64,000 nt of DNA from Macrostomum lignano. Its lineage: Eukaryota. Position 1 is the stretch's first letter. Every line of letters starts with the position of its first letter. A model generated the notes under the pieces. It did no database searches and was not told where the DNA came from. It worked only from the letters and a program-made list of their open reading frames with translations. The DNA is taken from positions 12,820 to 76,819 of the forward strand of contig NIVC01003786.1 of the NCBI GenBank assembly GCA_002269645.1. The letters run 5' to 3'. Positions 36,111 to 46,612 of the stretch are shown here, piece after piece. The position numbers and the translations under genes were made by a program.

Positions 36111-36759
36111 TGTGACTCAACACTCAACTCACAGCAAATGCCTGACTCAGTTTGCCCAAGTAATTGACGTTGCGACAGAATGAATAAAAAATAACGGACT
36201 CCAACTAAAAGCACAATGTCTTGCATATCTCTTTGTACAAGTAGAATTGCTAAATGTATTCATAAAAACAACTCATTATCGGTAAAGCCTAACCGATAAA
36301 GACTAAGTAAAAAGACTAACAAGAGAATAACAAGTTATGAACAAAAGTACAAGCGGACTCGGGGGGGGATGCTGGCTTATCAAATTGCGGCGGTGCAAAA
36401 GTTGGAGTAAACAGTCACAAAAACTACACTGGGTTTTGTTAGCACCGAAAGTGCGTACGTACAAAATGTTAGACAATGCAAAATGTTAGACAATGCGCAA
36501 ATTGGTCTACTTTTTGAAGTAGTGTATAATGGAATATTGATAAAATAACAAGCAAGCAATACAAAAATTAGTAGGGGGCGTTAAAAAAGGGCGACTGACT
36601 TATTATAAGGAAAAAGATTGTATTACAAAGTATTTTACAATTTTTGTTACCTCAAAAACCTCATCGCCTCGTCGCAAGAAATCTCCCTTAATCTTTTACC
36701 AAACTAACTTCATCATGTACGATTCTCTCAACCCATGTGCTACGAATCTCAGCCTAGAT

Positions 36760-37316
36760 TGTACGAATCTCAGCCCAACTTGTACGAGTCTCACCGTATC
36801 TGTACGAATCTAACCCTATCTTGTACGAATCTCATCCCATATTGTACGAATCTCACCCCATATTGTACGAATCTCACCCCATATTGTACAAATCTCACCC
36901 CATATTGTACGAATCTCACCCCATATTGTACGAATCTCATCCTATATTGTAAGAATCTCACCCCATATTGTACAAATCTCACCCCATCTTGTACGAATCT
37001 CATCCTATATTGTAAGAATCTCACCCCATATTGTACAAATCTCACCCCATATTGTACGAATCTCACCCCATATTTTACGAATCTCACCCCATCTTGTACG
37101 AATCTCATCCTATATTGTAAGAATCTCACCCCATATTGTACAAATCTCACCCCATCTTGTACGAATCTCACCCCATATTGTAGGAATCTCACTCCATCTT
37201 TACGAATCTCCACCCATCTTGTACGAATCTCACCCCATCTTGCAAGAATCTCACCCCATCTTGTACGAATCTCACCCCATCTTGTACGAATCTCATCCCA
37301 TCTTGTACGAATCTCA
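36760..37316. repeat. 21-bp minisatellite (TTGTACGAATCTCACCCCATA/C) beginning at the lipase stop codon
   Basis: About 26 copies; source of the CTNLTPY and GVRFVQY ORFs. Confidence 0.95.
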
Positions 37317-40300
37317 GAGCATGGCATTGCTATTAAAGAACACAGCCATATCGTCCACAATCCTTTTAGCATCCTTGTCCTCCGTCAGGCAGCCGTGATA
37401 GCACGGATAGTACTTATAGTAGACTCGAACTCCCGACTTCTCCAGCCGTTGAGAATACAGATGGGCGTCGCTTCTCAATGGATCGTGCTGGCAGGCCACG
37501 ATGTAGGCGGGCGGCAACCGCAGCGGATCGATGCTGGGCGTCAGCAGAGGCGACACTCGCGGATCGATGAGAAGCTTCTCCAGTTTAGCTGCCAGGGCCG
37601 CGTCTGCGTGGGAGGATTCTGGCGGCATGGACTCGCCGAGCTGCGGGATCGGGGTGAGGCATTGATATGCGATGATTGGACTGGTCAGCTGATGACCCCA
37701 GTGACCTTACGAGTAGATGAACGATGTGAGTTCAGGTGACCCCAGTGACCTTAGATGAACTATGTGAGTTCATGTGACCCCAGTGACCTTAGATGAACGG
37801 TGTGAGTTCATGTGACCCCGTGACCTTAGATGAACGATGTGAGTTCAGGTGACCCCGTGACCTTAGATGAACGATGTGAGTTCAGGTGACCCCAGTGACC
37901 TGAGATCAACTATGTGAGTTTAGGTGACCCCAGTGACCTGAGATGAACTATGTGAGTTTAGGTGACCCCAGTGACCTGAGATGAACCATGGGGAAGTTCA
38001 GGTGACTCATGAGACCTCAGATGGGCCATGGGGATTTCAGGTGACTCATGAACTTCAGGTTCAGAACTTCAGAGTTCAGGTTACCTGGAATGATGATAGA
38101 GTGACCTTTGGATTTCAGGTTAAGCTATATAGACAAATTCGTGATCAAGAAGCAATATAATGATAGAACTAAATCCTATAATTAGTACTTACTCTTTCGG
38201 CATAGGCGGCCCGCACGGACTTGCTGGCATGCCCGTTCCCAATGACGGAACGCCAGTGCCGAATGCTGCCAGTCAGGTACATGCTGGCACTCCGGGCCAC
38301 CTGACTGCCCTCAAGCAGCGGCGATCTGTAGCTCTCCCGGTGGGACTGGGTCCTGAAGTTGGCCAGCTGGGTGATGGGGTACACCAGCAGCTGGAGACGC
38401 GGGGTCAGCTGGTCCTCAGCCTTGGCCAGCGCCTGAGTAACCGAGGCGGCCAGTTGCCCGCCTGCGCTGTCCCCGCCAAGCATAATCCGGTGCGGATTAA
38501 CGCCCAGCACTGAGCTGGCGTTGGCTAGGATGGAGCGAACTGCGGCGAGGCAGTCATCAAAGGCAGCTGGGAACGGGTGCTCAGGGGCCCGGCGATACCT
38601 GATGAAGGAGATTAATGAGCTTTGAGTTCATTGACAGAGATGATGTAGGGGTCACATGACCTCATGTTTTCGGCATAAATTACGAGCTAAGAACCAGAAT
38701 AGTTCACAAATCTTTAGAATCGCATTTCGCATTTATAACAACTCTATTTAGTCTACTTGAGTGACTATACTGACTAAACTAGACTTAGCTATGAAAGAAA
38801 CCTAAGGTAAGCAAAAATTAAGGTAATTATGGGTAAACGGCAGGAGTATCTAAACTCTATTTTTAAGGCGAAATGCCTCGTCATCTAATTAGTACTACGT
38901 CAACAACTTTTTCGCAACTCTTACGATTCTACAGTTTACGTGATGCACTAGTGACTGACTGACTCACTCAAAACTGGTACCTCACCCACTCACTCAATAG
39001 CCACCGCAGTGATGTTGATTCTCATTGCCAATCTGGTCACAAAACCGGCAGCTCACCCACTCACTCAATAGCCACCGCAGTGATGTTGATTCTCATTGCC
39101 AATCTGGTCACAAAACCGGCAGCTCACCCACTCACTCAATAGCCACCGCAGTGATGTTGATTCTCATTGCCAATCTGGTCACAAAACCGGCAGCTCACCC
39201 ACTCACTCAATAGCCACCGCAGTGATGTTGATTCTCATTGCCAATCTGGTCACAAAACCGGCAGCTCACCCACTCACTCTATAGCCACCGCAGTGATGTT
39301 GATTCTCATTGCCAATCTGGTCACAAAACCGGCAGCTCACCCACTCACTCAATAGCCACCGCAGTGATGTTGATTCTCATTGCCAATCTGGTCACAAAAC
39401 CGGCAGCTCACCCACTCACTCAATAGCCACCGCAGTGATGTTGATTCTCATTGCCAATCTGGTCACAAAACCGGCAGCTCACCCACTCACTCAATAGCCA
39501 CCGCAGTGATGTTGATTCTCATTGCCAATCTGGTCACAAAACCGGCAGCTCACCCACTCACTCAATAGCCACCGCAGTGATGTTGATTCTCATTGCCAAT
39601 CTGGTCACAAAACCGGCAGCTCAACCCACTCACTTAATAGCCACCGCAGTGATGTTGATTCTCATTGCCAATCTGGTCACAAAACCGGCAGCTCAACCCA
39701 CTCACTCAATAGCCACCGCAGTGATGTTGATTCTCATTGCCAATCTGGTCACAAAACCGGCCGAAGCATCTGGCGAGCCGAACACCCAGCCGCCGCCGTG
39801 AATCCACACCAGGCCGGGTCCGCCCGCCCTGGCTCCGGCCGGTCTGAAAACCAGCGCTCGAGAATCGGCAAACCGGGCTTCGGTCACGGTCAGGCGGCTG
39901 CTGTTGGCCGGCAGTGCAGGCGTCAGCAACGCCAAGTCGGCCAGGCGCTGCAGCTGGACATGCGGCGCCTCCCACAGCCCGGTGAGTGAGAGCGCTGAGC
40001 CCTGGGAAAGATCCAGCACAGCTGATTAGGGTAGCTATTCAAGTACAATAAGTACTTCATGGAGTTTGAAGGATCCCCTGAAGGAGAGGGTAAGTAGTCA
40101 CTGAAGAACACCTGAGGGAGAGGGGGGCAGTCACTGAAGAACACCTGAGGGAGAGGGTAGCAATCATTGATAGACATTTGAGAAAGAAGATAGCAGCCAT
40201 TGATAGACATTTAAGAGAAAAGATAGCAGATACTAAAAAGCCTAATGGGTAATAGCCCACTCAAGAATCTAAAAAAAACAATGATAGCTTAAATGATATA

Positions 40301-40468
40301 AATAAAAATAAAGCTGAAAATACTTACAATAAAATGACAGAGCTTTCCAATACAATTTTTAATAGCAACAGAATGCCAATCCTGCACATAGTCTGGCACT
40401 GGCTCATATAATAAGTAGGCAAGGATTGCCATCAGTATTGGAATAAGAAGAAATTTTTTTAGTTCCAT
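37314..40468 (-). CDS. AADAC: Arylacetamide deacetylase / NCEH1-like GDXG (HSL-family) lipase-esterase, 4 exons, 389 aa
   Basis: Exons 40468-40328 (N-terminal hydrophobic anchor MELKKFLLIPILMAILAYLLY), 40001-39706 (HGGGW oxyanion motif), 38598-38193 (YRRAPEHPFPAAFDDC, GDSAGG nucleophile, LVYP) and 37640-37314 (HDPLRSD Asp, YHG His, TGA). All GT-AG and phase-consistent; 1170 nt. Confidence 0.93.
37700..38055. repeat. About 38-bp minisatellite (GATGAACGATGTGAGTTCAGGTGACCCCAGTGACCTTA)
   Basis: About 8 copies in intron 3 of the lipase gene. Confidence 0.88.
38983..39761 (-). repeat. 71-bp tandem array made of the exon-2 3' end plus 5' splice site of the lipase gene, 11 copies
   Basis: Minus-strand unit GCCGGTTTTGTGACC...GGCTATTGA|GTGAGTGGGTGAGCT; the first copy is the coding exon end. 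Confidence 0.95.
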
Positions 40469-42983
40469 AATTTTAGTAACTTTATGTTAGGGTCATGAAA
40501 TGACAATGATTTATATTGTTAATAGGTATAAATGAAAAATATTAATTTAAAATATACCTTTTGTTGATAGTATCTTCCATGACTATTTAAAGCCTAAAAA
40601 TATTAAACATTTGAATTATGCTTTTAAGTTGAAAATTTGAGCTTAAAATTAAATTAAAATAAAATAGAAGATTTTTTCAAGGCCTGGGAAAAAAAATAGG
40701 ATTATTTAATTATGATACGATTATTACATTATGATTCAAAATGAAAGATATAATGATATATAGGCCTAATAAGTTAGATAATAAATGAAATAATATAAAT
40801 AATATATGAATCTAGTATAATAAAATCTAACTTTTGCAAATAGACCTATAGGCTATAATACATGATATATCCTATCAAATAGACTGATTGAAATAGGCCA
40901 AATATATTTAAATTATGATTTAAAACTATTAATATTAATAAGTCTAGCACAATATTGTTTTACCTTCTTAGAATCTTTAAACTTTTCCCATTATTCTAAT
41001 CCATGCCTCCAAAGGGGTTGAAAGGCAACTATAGTTGTAGTAAGAAGGAACTCATGGCAATTGGCAATAAGATGGCCAATAATACTACCTTAGATAGTTA
41101 TATTTAGAGGTTCCTTATCCAACTATTCCTAGGCATAGGCTTCTTGTCTTGCATTTTACATATTGGCAACTAGGTGCTTTTAGTTTTGTTTTTGGGATTC
41201 TGGATTAGCAGATTACATCACAATCACATGTATGCCTTTCGCGTTATGTCTATGCCAATGCCACAATGCCTGGATGCCAATTGTTATATGGTACAATTAA
41301 AACATTGTAATAAATCGAAAAAAATAGGTCTAATAAGCGTTCTAGATCGAGGGCTACCTCACATTGTAGTAAAGTAAGAGAATTTGGCTCAGGCAATTAG
41401 CCTGTTTGGCCAATATATTATAGAGCTATGTATTTGGAATTTTCGAATATAGAAGTTTATAAAGACGATTTGACGACGATTTGCTGAGTTATTGTAAAAG
41501 ATAAAGTATTTGAAAGCGCGCCAGAATTTTTACGGTATTTTTAGACGAAAAGTGACAACGAGTATAAATATTAATACAAAAATGAGTACAAATTACGAGG
41601 TATAGCTTTAATTGCGAGATTACTTTGGTAAGCGAGTTTGTAAAAAAAAAAAAGATGTAGTATTTTTGAAAGCGCGTGATATTTCAAAGCGTGAAAAACG
41701 AACATAAACAATACTTCGAAAGAATTTTACGTTTAACGAATAACGACGATTTAAATATAGGAAATTTAAAAAGACAGTAAATGAATAAACAACTGAAAAG
41801 CGGATTTGTTACACTGCTGATGTATCTGATTCAGTTTGTTTAACTGTTTTAGCTATTCATGACTTCATATATTTTAGCTACACCAGTGAGCTCTTTTCTG
41901 ACTCTTTTTTCATTTGTAGCATATCCTATCTTGTGTATTTGATTGCTATTTAAGAGGTATTGACAGAAGTATTTTTTCCTGATCTCTTCATTGTAATATA
42001 TAGACGTCTCTTGTTGAAAAAACAATTTCCGTCACGCGTTAACTTTCAAATTAATGCGAAGAATAAGTTCACGCGAGAACCTCGTCAAAAATTTTCTTAT
42101 CTTATGAATATTTTCTTTGGACACATATAATCAAAGGGAAGAGAAAATCCAGAGTCAGTAAGTTTTCCTATTTATGACTATTAGGTTTTTAGGTACTGGA
42201 AAAGTTGCTTTAGCATAGTGGTGAACAATAGGCCTAACTTCTCTTACATGGTATTACTTTCACATGTATGCCGTGATTTAAACCTACATAACATTTGTAG
42301 ATATACATACGTACATGAACCACTACACACTTCACAACTTGTGAAATAGATGTTAAATGTACAAGTACTGCTCTGAGGAAAAAATTTGGCATCATTTTTT
42401 ATATGAAATCTGAGTGCTCTTGATGCAATTTTGCTTTTAATCAAAAACATTTTTATACACGACATACATGTACATGCAGTAATTATTATCGAGTTATGAT
42501 GCTCGTAGTTATAAACTGTGCTAATAAATTAATTAGCTATATGAAAGCCAAAAAAGACAACAATTTTTTCACTTAAAGCGGTAACAGCAGACGTACAAGC
42601 TAACTACTATATATTTTAAAACGCTTAAAACAGATATTCATCAAATTAATTGATTGCTTAAAAAGCGAATTATATAATCAAGCCATACGCAAAATTTAAA
42701 GGTTCTAGAAAGACAAAGAACAAAACAATATCAAATTAACAAAGAGAAAGAAATAACAACAAGGAAAAAAGTAAGTATTGTATCGCAAATCGTACCTCTC
42801 GGCGTAGCACCAATACATTCGAAGAAGTCGGTTGCGGTGCACTTAATTTTATATATAGTATCTTGTATGTACTTTTTATGCAGTCAAATTAAACATTTTT
42901 GCTAGCTTAGACAATGTGGGACAATGTGGTAACAGACAGTTGGGTAACAGCCGCGCTCGCGGGCCGTTTCAGTTCGGCCTGAT

Positions 42984-43352
42984 CTCACTGGGAAAAAAGC
43001 TTGCGGCCCGCTAGCGGCCCGAAAGCGGCATGGCGGTAACATAGCGGCACAAAAAAGAGTTGTTTTATGCAAAAATGTACTTTTTAGCGTCCTTTATGTA
43101 TAAAGTGATTAATCGTTTCCATTAAAGTACTCGTATGTTTTTTGAATATTGTAACTTGATGGCATTAGGAGCGGCAAGTATAAACATTGCCGCGATATTG
43201 CCGACATAATCATAATTATTACAGATAGTTAGATATAATAAATAAATAGCCGCTAGTGGGCCGCGAGTGGATCACGTGACACGCCGCCAGTCGGCCCGAT
43301 ATCGGCCCGCTGGCGGCTGCCGCTAGCGGGCCGCTAGCTTTTTCCCGGTGGG
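42984..43352. mobile_element. CMC/EnSpm(CACTA)-like MITE (about 370 bp)
   Basis: Imperfect about 35-bp TIRs (CTCACTGGGAAAAAAGCTTGCGGCCCGCTAGCGGC vs reverse complement CCCACCGGGAAAAAGCTAGCGGCCCGCTAGCGGC), AT dinucleotide on both flanks, GC-rich subterminal GCGGCCCG repeats and AT-rich interior. Confidence 0.65.
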
Positions 43353-43889
43353 ATACACATGCATGTACAACTCGGTTACAGGTTGGGTAAAAATTGTTCT
43401 GTAACAGAGACACTTGGAATTTGGGTTGTAGAGACATTTTCAGTTCGGAACAGACGACATTTTTGTACATATCCAAGGACCACTTGCAGCATAAATACAA
43501 GTGTAGCATAACTAAATTTACGTGTACATACAGCTCAATAAATTTTACTTCTCATATAAGGAGGCAAGCACAAGACAAAGCGGATGAATGTACATGCACA
43601 TTTAGTACTCGCATTTCGGAGCACCAAAAGGTGCATACGAGTGTAAAATTTTTAATCAAAATAGAAAACCAAAAATAGCTTGTACCTTGAAGCAATCGCA
43701 CGAGAAAAGCAGCCCAACAACGCAGCAAAGTACTTTTACATAGATTTGTGATTTTCATTGAAAAATATGCACGTCACTTTTCTGGCAGGCATTAAATTGA
43801 GACACTACATGACAAAATGATAATTTGTATGATAACGGCCTAGTCAGTACCTTGATCGGATATACTGAAGTTGCTCCCCGACGCCCTGT

Positions 43890-45413
43890 GAAGAAGGAGA
43901 AGGAGTAGGAGAAGGAGTAGGAGAAGGAGTAGGAGTAGGAGAAGAAGAAGGAGAAGAAGGAGAAGGAGAAGGAGTAGGAGTAGGAGAAGAAGAAGGAGAA
44001 GGAGTAGGAGAAGGAGTAGGAGTAGGAGAAGAAGAAGGAGAAGAAGGAGTAGGAGAAGGAGTAGGAGTAGAAGTAAGAGTAGGAGAAGAAGAAGGAGAAG
44101 AAGGAGTAGGAGAAGGAGTAGGAGTAGGAGAAGAAGAAGGAGAAGAAGGAGTAGGAGAAGGAGTAGGAGTAGGAGAAGAAGGAGAAGAAGGAGTAGGAGA
44201 AGGAGTAGGAGTAGGAGTAGGAGAAGAAGAAGGAGAAGAAGGAGTAGGAGAAGAAGAAGGAGTAGGAGTAGGAGTAGAAGTAGGAGAAGGAGAAGGAGTA
44301 GAAGTAGGAGTAGGAGTAGAAGTAGTAGAAGGAGTAGGAGTAGAAGTAGGAGAAGGAGTAGGAGTAGGAGTAGGAGTAGAAGTAGGAGAAGGAGAAGGAG
44401 TAGAAGTAGGAGAAGGAGTAGGAGTAGGAGTAGGAGTAGAAGTAGGAGAAGGAGAAGGAGTAGAAGTAGGAGAAGGAGTAGGAGTAGAAGTAGGATAAGG
44501 AGTAGGAGTAGGAGTAGAAGTAGGAGAAGGAGAAGGAGTAGAAGTAGGAGTAGGAGTAGAAGTAGTAGAAGGAGTAGGAGTAGAAGTAGGAGAAGGAGTA
44601 GGAGTAGGAGTAGGAGTAGAAGTAGGAGAAGGAGAAGGAGTAGAAGTAGGAGAAGGAGTAGGAGTAGGAGTAGGAGTAGAAGTAGGAGAAGGAGAAGGAG
44701 TAGAAGTAGGAGAAGGAGTAGGAGTAGAAGTAGGATAAGGAGTAGGAGTAGGAGTAGGAGTAGAAGTAGGAGAAGGAGAAGGAGTAGAAGTAGGAGAAGG
44801 AGTAGGAGTAGGAGTAGGAGTAGAAGTAGGAGAAGGAGAAGGAGTAGAAGTAGGAGAAGGAGTAGGAGTAGAAGTAGGATAAGGAGTAGGAGTAGGAGTA
44901 GGAGTAGAAGTAGGAGAAGGAGAAGGAGTAGAAGTAGGAGTAGGAGTAGAAGTAGTAGAAGGAGTAGGAGTAGAAGTAGGAGAAGGAGTAGGAGTAGGAG
45001 TAGGAGTAGAAGTAGGAGAAGGAGAAGGAGTAGAAGTAGGAGAAGGAGTAGGAGTAGGAGTAGGAGTAGAAGTAGGAGAAGGAGAAGGAGTAGAAGTAGG
45101 AGAAGGAGTAGGAGTAGAAGTAGGATAAGGAGTAGGAGTAGGAGTAGGAGTAGAAGTAGGAGAAGGAGAAGGAGAAGGAGTAGGAGTAGGAGTAGAAGTA
45201 GGAGAAGAAGAAGGAGAAGGAGTAGAAGTAGGAGAAGGAGAAGGAGAAGGAGAAGGAGTAGGAGTAGGAGTAGAAGTAGGAGAAGGAGTAGGAGTAGGAG
45301 TAGGAGTAGGAGAAGGAGTAGGAGTAGGAGTAGGAGTAGGAGTAGGAGTAGAAGTAGGAGTAGAAGTAGGAGAAGGAGTAGGAATAGGAGTAGAAGTAGG
45401 AGAAGGAGTAGGA
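43890..45413. repeat. 1.5-kb compound trinucleotide array: (AGG/AGT/AGA)n on plus, (C/A/T)CT on minus
   Basis: Direct reading; stop-free in two minus-strand frames (poly-Leu and Pro/Thr/Ser). Confidence 0.95.
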
Positions 45414-45703
45414 TCTGGATCAGTAGGATTTGCATAAATTCGTGACACAGACAGGGACAGGGAAACAGTACAGGGACACAAGGATGCCGCCTGATTCCGA
45501 GAAAAAGCAGACCAAGTAATTCTGAGGTTTCACGAGTACATTTTGCATTTTTTGCTGTCTGTCTCGACGCTGGCTACGCAAGACAAGTTGCTGGGTTAAG
45601 AGTTTTGCTGCATGGCCAAGATCTACTGTTTATTCAGACGGGAGTGGATGCTTCACCGTTAAATAAACGTCCTCTTACAGTGGTCCCTGCATACCCGCAG
45701 GCA

Positions 45704-46496
45704 TCAGGGCGCTGAGTCCGGGCAGACGAGCGGGCAGCGGGCCCAGTCCCGGGTCCAGTACTCGCCCGTGAACTGCCAGTCGTCATCCCGCTTTGTGTAT
45801 GGATTTCGCCAGCGCCGGAACCAGACACCGCCGCCAGCCTCTGACGATGACGAATCGCCAGCAGAAGCAGACGCTGAAGTCGATTTCTGCTGCTGACGCT
45901 GTTGCTGAAGGCGCAGACGCTGCCACTCTTCTAGTCGAGACTTGACCGACTGCGCCGTGTCGGCGTCGCCAGCCTCCAGAGCCCGGATGTCGGCGCGAAT
46001 CCGACGACAATCCGTTGGCGGCAGCGCGCAGTCGTCGCCGGCGTCGTCGTTCAGCTGCATGGCGAAGCGGGTGAACCCGTAGAACCTGCCGCTGCTCGAT
46101 GGCCGCGGCTGGCAGCGCCACAGCTCAGTTTGGCCCGCCAAGCCGAGGTCGCTGCTGCCGCTGTCGACGAAATCATCCTCGTCCGTGTCCTCGTTGTCGC
46201 TGCCGTCGATACAAACGCCGCCGCCTCCGCCGCTGCCACCGCGACGTCCTCCGTTGATGCTGCCGCTGCTGCCGCAGCTGTCGTCGTTGTTTCGGCGACG
46301 AAGGACGCCGAACTGGTAGCTGAAGCTGATGGACTTGGAGCCGCCTGACCGCATCTTCTGCTGCTGCTGCTGCTTGTCCGATCGAGACTTGAGGCTGGCG
46401 AGGCTGGCAGCTGTTGATGGCGAGTTGCACTTCCTGCTTCGGGACAGCGGCATCGACGCGGTGCTCTTGTGCGTCTTCCACGACTCCACGGGGATG
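45704..46496 (-). CDS. Terminal exon of an oxysterol-binding protein-related protein (ORP1/ORP2-like ORD C-terminus); upstream exons not found in the window
   Basis: FYGFTRFAMQLN...LPPTDCRRIRADIRALEAGD...KSRLEEWQR...WFRRWRNPYT..DDWQFTGEYWTRDW matches the OSBP/ORP ligand-binding domain C-terminus. Acceptor CCCCGCAG ends at 46497. Low-complexity G/D/S insertions are present. Confidence 0.9.
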
Positions 46497-46612
46497 CTGC
46501 GGGGACGCGCAAGTTATTGTCGGTGTTTCAAATTTTCATTCGCGTCGGGCACGGCTACAAGAAGCCAAAAGCAAGAATACGAATTGAGAAACCAGCTGCA
46601 TTTCCTCTCTAT

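Noticed and set aside
38983-39761. CRISPR-like appearance of regular arrays (also 28810, 30084, 22322)
   Set aside because: The units are contiguous with no unique spacers, there are no cas genes, and the context is eukaryotic and intronic.
41760-42850. Possible decayed coding sequence or micro-exon on the minus strand
   Set aside because: Multiple stops and no identifiable homology.
43840-45435. 531-aa poly-leucine ORF
   Set aside because: Frame-shifted reading of the NCT array (CTN always encodes Leu); not a plausible protein.
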